NCBI GenBank assembly: GCA_965206595.1
Contig: OZ242214.1
Location: 4,704,001 to 4,768,000 of the forward strand
Length of the DNA: 64,000 bases
DNA from: Candidatus Latescibacterota bacterium
GTDB lineage: Bacteria > Latescibacterota > UBA2968 > UBA8231
Direction of reading: 5' to 3'
Part shown: positions 39,370 to 49,865 of the stretch, piece by piece
Layout: each line of letters opens with the position of its first letter
Numbering within the stretch: position 1 is the first letter of the stretch
Notes under the pieces: generated by a model
What the model saw: the letters and a program-made list of their open reading frames with translations, nothing else
Told to the model about the DNA's origin: nothing
The model's database searches: none
Translations under genes and position numbers: made by a program

Positions 39370-41354
39370 GAGTACCTTCGGGTCCTGCAGATGGCCGAGA
39401 ATCTCCGCTTTTCGTCGAACCACTGCGAAATCCCCCGGGGTGAGGTTGGTCAGGGTTTCGACTTCAGCCGGAGCCTCGGACTCGAAGTAGTTACGAAACC
39501 CCGCCATGGACTGACTTGGGGTGAGATAGTCCAGGGCGATCTTGAAAGTGAATCGCCGCAGGGTTGCCGGGTCTAGGGTTTCCCCGAAGTTGGTTGTACA
39601 CGCAAACGGCAGGGGATGGCTCTCCATCCAGGTCAGCATTTCGTTGACCTGGCTGACCTCCCAGGAGCGCACGGCGCCGCGGCGGTCGGCGAGCAGGGAG
39701 TCGGCCTCGTCGAAGACGAGGATGGAGCCTTCGGCGCGCGCCTCTGCGAAGGCGTCGGCAATAAGCCGTTCGGTTTGGCCGACCCACATAGACATCAGGT
39801 CGGAGGCCCGCTTCTGGGTTACCTGAAGGCCGAGGCGCTCGGCCAGATAGCGGACGAAGGCGCTCTTTCCGGTGCCGGGCGGACCTTGCAGACAGAGGGA
39901 GAAATGCTTTCCCCCGGTCTTTTCCAAGCGTTCCGTGAATCCCACCGGGTCGACGTCTGCCCGGATCAGGGCGGGATCGAATCTCTCCGGTGCCCCCTGC
40001 TGCATCGGCTTCTCTCCTGAAATCACCCGGGACAGGTTTTGCACGCCAAGGCGTACTGCAGCGAGGTCTTCACCACAAAGGCTCGCCGCGGCGATGGCCC
40101 CGGAAGCAACCCCGGGGGCCACGTCGAACTCCTTTGCAAGGGATTGGCCATCTTCCTCCGTCGCTTCGATGCCGTGGCGCGCCAGCTCCCGGCTCCATAT
40201 TCGTGCCCGGGTCCGGCGCGTGGGCCGGCGCAGCTCCAAGGCGCACGTCATACGGCGCAGGACGGTGGGACAGGTCTCCCTGGCGGAGTTCGATGTCCAG
40301 AGCGTCGGCACCGGTGTGCGTTCGAGCAGCCGGTTGAGAAACACCTTGGAGCCGCCGGAGCGGAGCGGGGAAAAGCCGTGTGAAGAGAAGGGTATCCAGC
40401 CAGAACCCGGGTCCGAGAGCAGGTCCTCCATCTCGTCGAAGAGCAGCATCGACCCGCCGCCCGGAGCCAGCAAATTCTGGGCGACCTGAAGCTCCTGGAG
40501 CCGTTCCCCCCGACGGGGTTCGTCGCCGCTATCGTCCGCTTCGCCCACACTGTAGAGGTTCGCCTGCAGCCGGGCGGCCAGGGTCTTGCAGAACTCCGTC
40601 TTTCCGGTGCCCGGCGGTCCATACACCAGGATGTTAACCCCCTTGGCGCGGGAACTCAGGGCGCCCTTGAGCACCTTTTCGATATGGTCGCGCTGTTCCG
40701 CGACATGGTCGAAGTCTTCCCACTCCAGCTCCCCCGGGGGCGCCGTATCGAGCAGCGGGCGGCGCATGTCGAGTTCGCCCTCGTCCGTGACGGTGACCAG
40801 CCGGTTCAGCCGCTTGACGATTTCGATGTCCCCGTCGTCGTCTATGGACACCAACCCGGACCTAAGGAGAGGAGCATCGGTCGCCAATCGGGCGCGGAGA
40901 ACACCGCCCGACACGCCGAGGACCCGGGGAAGCAAGGGGTTCGTAACATTGAATAAACTGGGTCGGATATGGCGAGAGGTGGTGAATTCGAAAACAGACT
41001 CGATCAGCGATTCGAAAATCGGCTGGGTGCGACTCCACATCAGGATTTCAAGGATGGCGACATCATCCGAAGCGAAGTCCATCGCCTTTCCGAGCTGCCT
41101 CAGCCGCTTCGCCGTGAGGTCTTCCCAGGCACCCTCGCCGGAAGACAACGTCGAGGACCTGTCCTCAAGGGTCTTCAGGAGACCCTGCCAATCCTTCTTT
41201 GAAAGGTCTTTCCCGAGGTACTTCCCCGCCCGGCGCTCGTACTGTTCCAACTCTTCCGATTCATCATTTTCGCATTCCAGGCCCAGCACCTTCCGGTTTT
41301 CGGCGACCCACACGGCCAGGTCCCTTGCTTCCGGACTGGCGCGGTGAATTCGCG
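39370..41354 (-). pseudogene. tandem (double) AAA+ ATPase, N-terminus cut by IS66, natural C-terminus apparently lost
   Basis: Two P-loops (YGPPGTGKT, QGPPGTGKS), Walker B LLFDEMED and LVFDEADS, LDPATLRRF; ORF starts inside IS66 and runs on into the convergent gene. Confidence 0.8.
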
Positions 41355-42975
41355 GTAACCGTTCAGTTCCCCTGGCAGGTTGGGGGCGGGGGCGGAATGG
41401 TAGCAGAATATTAGCGAATGGCGGAGTGGGTTGAAGGCAGCAGCGAGGGCGCCGGCTGCTGAGACACGGCCGCGTCACAGGCCATCCTGAGATAGTCGAG
41501 GACGTTGCGCTGCTGCTGGCGCAGGGTATCGCGTACCGTGAGCAGGCGCTCTACGAAACGGCTGCCTTCGGCACTGTGGGTACCGAAGCTGGTGTGACGC
41601 CACAACACGCCATGGCGAAGGGCTCGTTCGGCTTCGTTGTTGGTCGGCTCGACGCCGGGCCGGCGTGCGCAGGTCCACAGGGCCGGCCCGAGGTCGAGGA
41701 GATTGGCGCAGGTGGCCGCCGTCTTGGCGTCGGCGAACTGCTGCCCATAGCACAAATGAAAACGAAAGCGCAGACACAAATCGTCGATATAGTCCTGGAA
41801 GCGGGCGCGGGACAGGGTACCGTCGCGGACTTGATGCCACCAGGTAAACAGCTGCTCGCTGCGGTCCAACAGGTGTTGACCGACGCGCCCGGCCTCTCCG
41901 CCCCGGGCCACGAACTCCTCGAAGGCGCGCCGCAGATGAGCCCAGCACACGTGCCGGCGTCGTAGCGGCAGATGCGCGTAGGCCGAATAGCGATCGGAGC
42001 CGACCACCGCCCGGTTGTCCGCACCCAGCACCTCATCGACCCCGTCCCGTCCCCGGCTTGGGCGAATGGCGAACACGGTGACGCCGGCCGTCACCGCGGT
42101 CCACAACCAGGCCTTGGCGCGGCGCTGGCGCCAGCCGGTCTCGTCGACGTTGACGAGGCCCTGTCGGCGAACGAAGGCGCGCGCCTCCTCGACCGCACCC
42201 GCCAGGGCCCGCGGCCACTTCCCGTTCCAGTCGGCTGACCGTACCCAGCGACACCTCGAGGCCGAAGGCGTCGGACAACAACGCCCGGATGTTGCGCTTG
42301 CTCAGCCGGTAGGCCCCGGCCAGCAGGCCGACCCAGGCTTGCACGCTGGGACCGAAGGTGTGGCGCGACACGCCCTCGGGCCAACCGGCTGCGGTCAGGC
42401 GGTCGCAGTGACCGCAGCGCAGGGTGTGCAACTGATACTCGATGACCTCGGCCCGCAGCGGCGGGATGACGACTTCCTGGTGACGCTGCGGATGAGGATC
42501 GTCTCCCGTCAACGGGTGCCCGCATCCGTGGCACGTACTCGGCTTGACCGGGATCCGTTCGTCCACCTGCTCCACCGATACCCACGAGCGGCCGTGTCCT
42601 TCGTGCCCGGGCTGTCCGCCCGGCGAGCGCCCCGAGGATCGGCGTCGGGAGGTGTCGGTGCGCGGCGAGGAGGAAGCGCCCGATTGCGACGAGGCGGCCC
42701 GGGCACCGCGGCGGGAGCGCCCCTTGCGGCGGGCCAATTCCCGCTCCAGCTCCCCGATGCGCGCCGTCTGTTGTTCCACGATCTGCTCAAGCTGGACAAT
42801 GCGCTGGCGCAGGTCGCCTTCGGAAATCGTACTCTCAGGAGGTCTCTTCATGGGGTCGCCGTATCCAGGGAAATCTGCAACACACAACCGATCCCGAAGA
42901 TACCGACGAACCCGAAAACCCGCTTAGGTATTTCTTTATATGCTCAAACTACTGCAGGGGGGACTGAACGGTTAC
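41355..42975 (-). mobile_element. IS66-family element (single TnpC type), transposase frameshifted
   Basis: Terminal IRs GTAACCGTTCAG at 41355 and CTGAACGGTTAC ending 42975; PGGQPGHEG, CHGCG, SDRYSAY, CWAHLRR, PTNNEAERALR; flanks do not match (no TSD). Confidence 0.92.
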
Positions 42976-43017
42976 CTTTTCGGAAAGCTCCAGCTCTAAT
43001 TTTTGCCGCTTGGTCAT
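42976..43017 (-). pseudogene. first 14 codons of a gene truncated by IS66, possibly the major capsid protein
   Basis: ATG overlaps the HNH stop (ATGA) after GGAG; MTKRQKLELELSEK, then the IS66 IR. Confidence 0.35.
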
Positions 43018-43331
43018 CGGTCTTCTCCGGTTGTGTTGGTGCATGTAGGTGAGGGGGTTTCGCTATGACTGGAGAGCCGCTCAACGAACCTTAACCACTC
43101 CAGCCGCGCGGGGGATAGCTTTGCCGTTTTCTCCGCTGCGAAATGACAGCGCCGGCAAAGCGTTCTCAGATTGCGCAAATCGTAGGGCGCGCCGCCAGTG
43201 CGCGGGGGGTCCGTATGGTGTACTTCCAGCCGCCAGCGGGCGCCGCATTCTGTACATTTTTCCCCGTCCCGCTGTAGGACTTTGGAGCGGGTTAGCTCCC
43301 ATTGCTTGCCCTTCAAACTGTGCTTACTCAT
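43014..43331 (-). CDS. phage-type HNH endonuclease
   Basis: W..TRSKVLQRDGEKCTECG...LEVHH...NLRTLCRRCH. Confidence 0.9.
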   Translation of the reverse strand: MSKHSLKGKQWELTRSKVLQRDGEKCTECGARWRLEVHHTDPPRTGGAPYDLRNLRTLCRRCHFAAEKTAKLSPARLEWLRFVERLSSHSETPSPTCTNTTGEDR

Positions 43332-43342
43332 ACCAGTGCACT

Positions 43343-44512
43343 AGTGTCATGTCGTGTAATTAACTGTACAAACAATTGAAAGTGCCGTAGGTTTCCCTTA
43401 TCCCCCTTCTGAAAGGAGAGACCTATGGTGACGGGGCGTCCATTAACGCCGTTAGAGCTGAGTCCGTCGGACCGGGAACGACTGGAATCGATGGCCAAAT
43501 CACGAAGTCTTCCCCACGGATTGGTGCGGCGAGCCGAGATGGTGCTGCTGGCCGCCGATGGCTGGCCCAATGAAGCGGTCGCTTCCGCGGTGGGTGTGAC
43601 GCGAGCTACGGTGGGCAAATGGCGCCGGCGTTTTCTCGACAACGGACTCAATGGCTTGTATGATGAACTACGTTCAGGGGCGCCGCGATCGATCACGGAC
43701 GAGCAGGTAGCCGAGGTGGTATACAAGACCCTGAAGACCAAGCCCAAAGACGAAACACAGTGGTCGGTGCGCTCCATGGGCGAAGAAACCGGCCTGACCA
43801 AGGACGCGGTTCATCGCATTTGGCGCACGTATGGTTTGCAGCCCCATCGACACAAGCGCTTCAAGCTTTCCACCGATCCTTTCTTTGTCGACAAAGTACG
43901 GGATATCGTCGGCTTGTACCTGAATCCCCCCGAGCACGCCCTGGTGCTGTGCGTGGACGAGAAGAGCCAGATCCAGGCGTTGGAACGAAGTCAGCCCATG
44001 CTGCCCCTGGGACTGGGATACGTGGAAGGGATTACGCACGACTACAAGCGGCACGGCACCACCACCCTGTTTGCCGCCCTGGACATCGCCACCGGGGAAG
44101 TGATGACCCAGTGCAAGCCCCGTCATCGTCACCAGGAGTTCCTCCAGTTCCTGCGCCACATCGAGGCCAACGTGCCCGCTGACCTCGATATTCATCTCGT
44201 CGTCGACAACTACGCCACGCATAAGCATGCCAAGGTCAAGCGATGGCTGGCACGGCGTCCCCGATTTCACCTTCACTACACTCCCACGTATGCTTCGTGG
44301 CTCAATCAGGTGGAGATCTGGTTCAATATCCTCACCCGCCAGGCGGTTCGGCGCGATTCGTTCCGCAAGGTGTCGGAGCTCATCGAGCGAATCGAACGCT
44401 ACACGGCCAAATGGAACGCCAACGCACACCCTTTCGTCTGGACGGCTACGGCGGATTCCATCCTCGCCAAAATCAAGAGACTTTGTGAACGAATCTCTGC
44501 GACAGGACACTA
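43343..44512 (+). mobile_element. IS630-family element with intact transposase (43425..44513)
   Basis: Ends CTAGTGTCATGTCG and CGACAGGACACTAG at a CTAG/TA target; [30 protein letters not shown]. Confidence 0.95.
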
Positions 44513-45851
44513 GCTCGACTTCGACGGGGAGCGGGAGCGGGTAGGGTCTCGCCTAGGCCAGCGGCAATAGTCGCGGCTGCAAGGGCGTCTATCCTGCCGC
44601 TGTTGTTTTGTTTGCATAATGCGGGGTTTCCGCCGGGGTCACGGCGGATCTTGCTATCCTTTACGGCGCTGGCCAGTAGCCGGGCGCCAGTAGCGAGGGA
44701 CAAGCCGCCCGCGATCGCCAGCCGTTCAAAACTTCGCACGTCGGCGCTACCGTCAGCCGTCTTACTGGCACCGGTCCCCCGCCATACCGGGCGCCAGCGG
44801 AGGCCCGCGTCTTTTATCGCCTGCTCCGCTTCTTTCTGCCGGTAGCGGTCGGCTCCAACCTCCGCCACGTCGACCCCGTGCAGCTCGCGGGAAACCCGCT
44901 TAAAAAACTGGGGTATGTCTGAAACGAGGTCGCCACATTGCCACAACTCGCCTTGTGCGTGAAGGACCGTATAGAGCGGTCCTACGCCGTCGCTTTTCCC
45001 CCGGTCCGCCAGCGGGGGAAAAGCCGGGACAGCCGCGTATACCTCAAGGCGCCCGGTAGCTGGCCATAGAGCCGCCGCCGCCGTCATCGCGCGGCTCCCG
45101 CCAAGGTCCAACCCCACCACGCAGCGGCCACGGCGCGGGGCAACCTCGCGCGCCATGCACCGTTGCATCTCGACAGCGGAGATTATAGGATCGGTCCCGG
45201 CTCCTATCGGTGCGTTAAGCTCCAAACGTCGAAAATCCGCTTCGTCGCCGGGGGTTTGTGCGGCTGAAGCTGCGAGCTTGCGGAGCTTTTTCAGGCTCTT
45301 AACCCCGTACGAAACTGCGGGGTTTGCGGCTAGCAACGCCGCCTCGTCATCGAGACTGCAATCGACGGGCGCCGCATGTACGGATACCTCCCCCCGCTCG
45401 ATCATCTCGGCGAACATTGGCCCGATATCTCTTATTGAAATGGCTAGCAATTTTCCATCTTTTGCCGTCGTACTTGTGCGGAAACTGTTATAGAGCGGGC
45501 GCTTTCTTTCAGGTAGTTGTCCCGCCTCATCGAGAATCGCTAGATCGGAACCAACGGCGTGACCGGAGGATTTTTCAGAGTTCCAGAATGTCGCCCTTGC
45601 GTCAAAATCCTTCGCCTCGATCCAACCGGGATAAGGCGCTTTCCGCTCGCTTATGGGCAACCCGCTAGCCTCCGCGATTGCTACAATTTGCTGTTTCAGT
45701 TCGACGGATAGCTGGCCAGTCAACGAAACCGCATTTGCCCGCCAGCCCGGGCGCCGTAGCGGTCCGCAAAGGTGCGCTAGTATCAAGGCCGCAACCGTCG
45801 CGGTTTTCCCGTTCTTTCTCCCGGTACTTAAGGCTGATTCGCTTGTTTCAG

Positions 45852-48572
45852 CCCTTGTTATTCATGGAATTTCAGTAAAAGGAGCTGTACTGGGGTGCCT
45901 CCCATGCTTAGGTTTCAGAGGGAAACACAAGGCAGTATCACCCTTTGACCCAACCACACAGGAGGACACCCAATGGGTGAATTACCGTCCCCCACCCCGT
46001 CCCCGCAAGCCGGGCCGATTCAGCCGTCTTTCAACCGCTCCATTCACATTGAAGCTCGCCCCACTCACCTCAGCGGCGACCCCGGTTCGCTGGTGTTGCG
46101 GCAACTGCTCGAACACAGCCAGGTCCTGGATTGGGTGGATGCCCACTTCGAGGATCGCCGTAGCCCGGACCAGATCACGCACCCGCTGTCGGAACTTTTG
46201 CGCACGCAGATCGTGCTGATGGCGCAGGGCTTGCCCCACGCCGACGACGCCGACGCCGACGCGCTGCGGCAGGATCCGATCCTGCGTCTGGCGGTCAGCG
46301 ATCGCAAAGGGCAGTCGCCGTTGCGCCCAGCCGACGAAGGCCGGCCGCAGGGACTGGCCAGTCAGCCGACGCTGTCGCTGATCGGGCAAGCCTCCAGCGC
46401 CTACAACCGCGCGCTGTTGGAGGAAGCGGTGCTGCGCAGCGCCTGGTCCCGGTGCCAGTTGCTGGAACGACGGCTGCGCTACGAGGAGTTGGCCGTCGAC
46501 ATGGATGCCTTGCCGATGCCGGTGCACGGACACCCGCAGGGGGTGGAGTACAACGGCTACTTCCACGCCTCGGGGTTCCATCCTCTGATCATCGGCTCGG
46601 CGCAGACGGGCGACTTCTTCGGCGCCGTGTTGCGGCCGGGCAACGTGCACGCGCATGAGGGCGCCGAAGCGGCTATCCTGGAGCGCCTGGACTGGATTCT
46701 AATCGCACTTGGCCGGCCGCGTCCTCCTGCGCTTCGACGCGGCCTCGGTGAGCGGGCCCTTCCTGAGCCGGCTGGAAGCGCGGGACAACACCTGAACCTA
46801 TCTCAAAATAGGCAAACTTAAACTTGTTTTCGAAATGACAGTGATGTACCATTGGTGTATGGTCAATCTGACCGACATGCAATGGCAACGAATCCGGCAT
46901 CACTTTCCTGAAGAACTTCGTCCCAAGAGCCATCCGGGGTCGCAAACCGGTTTGCACCCGCGATGTTTTTGAAGCCGTTCTTTGGATTCTAAACACCGGG
47001 GCTCAATGGCCTATGTTGCCGCAGTGCTATCCGAACTACAAAACCGTGCATCGCCGTTTTCAAAACGGGTGTCGTCAAGGGGTTTTACGCGAAGTTCTCA
47101 TGGACCTGGCCCAGACCCTTCACGAGCAAGGGGGCCTGGACGAATCGGAGGCTTTCATCGATGGCATGTTCTCGGCGGCCAAGGGGGGAGGTGCCGATAT
47201 CGGCCACACCAAGCGAGGTAAGGGGGTGCGGGTCATGGGGATCGTGGACGGCAATGGGCTTCCCTTGTCGGTGAGCACGCATGCAGCGAACCATCATGAA
47301 GTGACGCTGGTTCAGTTGACCTTTGACTTTTACCTGATCGAAGACCAACCTGACAACTTGATCGGCGATAAAGCGTACGACAGCGATTCGTTGGATGAAG
47401 AGCTTAAGAAAGACGGGATCGAGATGATCGCCCCGCATCGCCAGAATCGGACCAAGAAAAAAACTCAGGACGGACGGCGATTGCGGCGTTATGTGCGGCG
47501 TTGGATGGTTGAGAGATTCTTTGCTTGGCTTCAATGGCAGCGTCGAGTGATCACTCGCTGGGAATTGTATCCGGAGAATTTTCTTGGCTTCGTCCAACTT
47601 GCATCCATTTTGATTTTACTTAAACAATTTCAATTTTGAGATAGGTTCCTCGTACGGGTCGCGCATCAAGAAGAATGCGCGCCTGGAGGACGTGGCTCGT
47701 CCCTGGGTGGAAGCCTATCAGCAGGAGCTGGCGCAGCACCCGGAGCGGTTGCGCGAAGAGGGTTTTCGCTGTCGCGAGCTGCGCTATCAAGCCAAGTCCT
47801 GGGCGCAGCCCCGACGGGTGGTATTGGTATGGGTCCCCTCCGAGACGGAGGAGTTGCCCATCGCCCGCCACTTTTTCCTGATCACCGACCAAAGTCCCCA
47901 GACGATGGGCGCCCGCGACGTGGTCGCCTTCTACCGTCAGCGCGGCCTCTTCGAGCGCATGCTCGGAGAGCTGAGCTCCACCCTTCAGCCCCAGCTCTCC
48001 TCGACCACCCGTCGCAAACAGCACTACCGCGGTCGTCCACCGGGTCAGCGCACCCCGTCCCGGGATGCCTTCGCCGCCAACCAGGCGATCCTGACCCTGA
48101 ACCTGCTGGCCTACAACCTGCTGCACCTGGGCCGCCAGGCCGCCGAACGCGCCGAGGCCCGACGCGGGCGGCCCCGCACATACGGACGCTCGACGACGGC
48201 CCTGAGCCTGGACAGCTTTCGACGGCGCTACCTGCGCCTGCCGTCCCGCGTCACCTTGCACGGACGCAGGGTGGGCGTCATCCTGACCCAAGGGATGGCG
48301 GCTCCCTGGGACCGTCTGTGGAGATTTCTGGCCACGCTCAGACCCGTGGATATGGGGATGGCGTAACCCCGGGCCGGGTCGGTTGGGGTAATCGGCTCGC
48401 AAGCGAAGTGTCTCCACGGAGGCGCGTACAATTTCAACAAGGTCGGTAGAGATAGGGGGACGGCTCTACCCAAAAAGGCAACTATAGAAGGGAGGCAGGC
48501 CTTGGAGGCTATGCAGTGGGGTCTCGGAAGCGCCTATACCCGCTTAGGCGCTGGTTGTATGAATAACAAGGG
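45852..48572 (+). mobile_element. IS1380-family element interrupted by IS5
   Basis: IRs CCCTTGTTATTCAT / ATGAATAACAAGGG; 5-bp TSD TTCAG (45847-45851 and 48573-48577); LASQPTLS, YNGYF..GFHPL, LRPGN, YRQRG..E. Confidence 0.92.
46794..47648 (+). mobile_element. IS5-family element nested in IS1380
   Basis: IRs GAACCTATCTCAAAAT / ATTTTGAGATAGGTTC; 2-bp CT duplication; LTDMQW, FIDG, GDKAYDS, RWMVERFFAW; frameshift near 46940. Confidence 0.92.
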
Positions 48573-48751
48573 TTCAGGGTCCAAAGCCACGGACAACCAA
48601 TCCTGCACAAAAGGGAGAATCCGGAGCGGCTCGCCGGCCAACGGATGCCCCTGCGGTACGACAAGGGTCTTTTCCGCCCAATCCGTAAGCGTAGCCGCTC
48701 GCTCCGCTCCGCTGGCGGTTGCCGGCAAGGGGAATCCCCCGGGGTACCGCG

Positions 48752-48786
48752 GGCGCTGTACGGCGCTGTACGGCGCTGTACGGCGC
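48752..48786. repeat. 10-bp tandem repeat (GGCGCTGTAC)x3.5 in the terminase 5' region
   Basis: Read directly. Confidence 0.95.
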
Positions 48787-48972
48787 GCCTGCGCCGTTGA
48801 GACTCCCGGCAACACTTCCGCCGCTTCTCAGGGTCCTTGTACGGCACTTAGGAAAGCCTCTCAGAGAAACGTGACACCCTCCAGCCGGTGCCGCTGCAAG
48901 GGGTTCGGCCGGGGGGGACAGGGGTCCCCGGGCGGGGGGCAGGGGGCAGGGGGTAGGGTCTGGGGGCGATCA

Positions 48973-49377
48973 TCAAAAGCCAAATTCGCTGATGGGCTCG
49001 ATCAACCCGCGGGCGCGCAGCCTGTCGTACGCCGTTTGCTCTTCAATGTCCAAGCGAATCAGGAGGTTGGCGTAGTCGTCGAAAGCTGCGCGCAACCGCC
49101 CTTCCACGCGCGGAAGTTGCGCGGGGGGATAGCCGTGCACTCTCGCGGATTTTGTCGCGTATGCGCTTTGAATTCCCGGGGTAGTCATACGCAAGTAGAG
49201 CCGCCCTTGCTCGTCGCGTAGGAACTTCCTGCGCTTCCATAGGTTGCGATACAAGGCGCCGCTCCGTCGGTCCCGGCCGTGGTAGGCGCGACGCTGGCGC
49301 CTCGCCACGGTCGCGGCAAGGCTCAATAGGCGCCTTTCCGCGCGGCTGACATCGCGCCGCCGTACGCGTTCAGGCAC
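48973..49377 (-). CDS. basic hypothetical phage protein (possible neck/tail-completion protein)
   Basis: Overlaps the stop of the upstream tail-terminator-like gene; R..SGALYRN motif; same strand as terL. Confidence 0.5.
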   Translation of the reverse strand: MPERVRRRDVSRAERRLLSLAATVARRQRRAYHGRDRRSGALYRNLWKRRKFLRDEQGRLYLRMTTPGIQSAYATKSARVHGYPPAQLPRVEGRLRAAFDDYANLLIRLDIEEQTAYDRLRARGLIEPISEFGF

Positions 49378-49810
49378 TGGCGCCGCTCCGTCTGGAAAAC
49401 TGCACGGCTAGTCGCAACTCCCAGCGGGTGTATTGCACTGCGTCTGCATTTATGCCCGTGCGCCGCAACGCCGCCTCTCCCACCCTTACGGTTCCCCCGC
49501 CAGCAGTTTGTAGGTCCGTCGCCTCAAGGCTGTTGGTGAGGCTGTCAGCCGTCCTTAGCGCCTCGCTTTCGTCGCGGTCGCGGGGTAGGTAAATCCCGAT
49601 CAAGAGATCGGCGTCAACGTCTACCCGGGCGCGCTTGCCTATGCTGGCTTTGGTCGCGTCAACTGGGGAATAAATGGCGCGCAACCATGGCGCCCCCACT
49701 GGCGGGGTGAAGTTCCGATTGCCCCGGGCTACCGGGATAGCCGGGGATAGCTCGCCGGCCAGCCGTTCAACTTCGGCGATTAGGGCAGTATTGACGCTTT
49801 CGTGATTCAT
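49370..49810 (-). CDS. phage tail-terminator-like protein (DUF4128-like)
   Basis: PVARGNRNFTPPVGAPWLR...IGIYLPR...ADSL pattern. Confidence 0.65.
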   Translation of the reverse strand: MNHESVNTALIAEVERLAGELSPAIPVARGNRNFTPPVGAPWLRAIYSPVDATKASIGKRARVDVDADLLIGIYLPRDRDESEALRTADSLTNSLEATDLQTAGGGTVRVGEAALRRTGINADAVQYTRWELRLAVQFSRRSGASA

Positions 49811-49845
49811 TCGGCGGGGGTCCGGGAGTTCGGGGGGATCAAAGG

Positions 49846-49865
49846 TTATCCACAAGTTATCAACA
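49846..49865 (+). promoter_or_regulatory. two tandem DnaA boxes
   Basis: TTATCCACA (49846-49854, perfect) and TTATCAACA (49857-49865, one mismatch), followed by an AT-rich stretch. Confidence 0.65.

Larger units (their letters stand above)
43328..48847 (-). pseudogene. phage terminase large subunit interrupted by IS1380(::IS5) and IS630
   Basis: Removing the ISs gives ...LRILPFVQDWLSVALDPE|TSESALSTGRKNGKT (Walker A)...LAILDEAG (Walker B)...GLDLGG...GRIDA...RRSRAS|ALV*, with the stop overlapping the HNH start. Confidence 0.88.
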
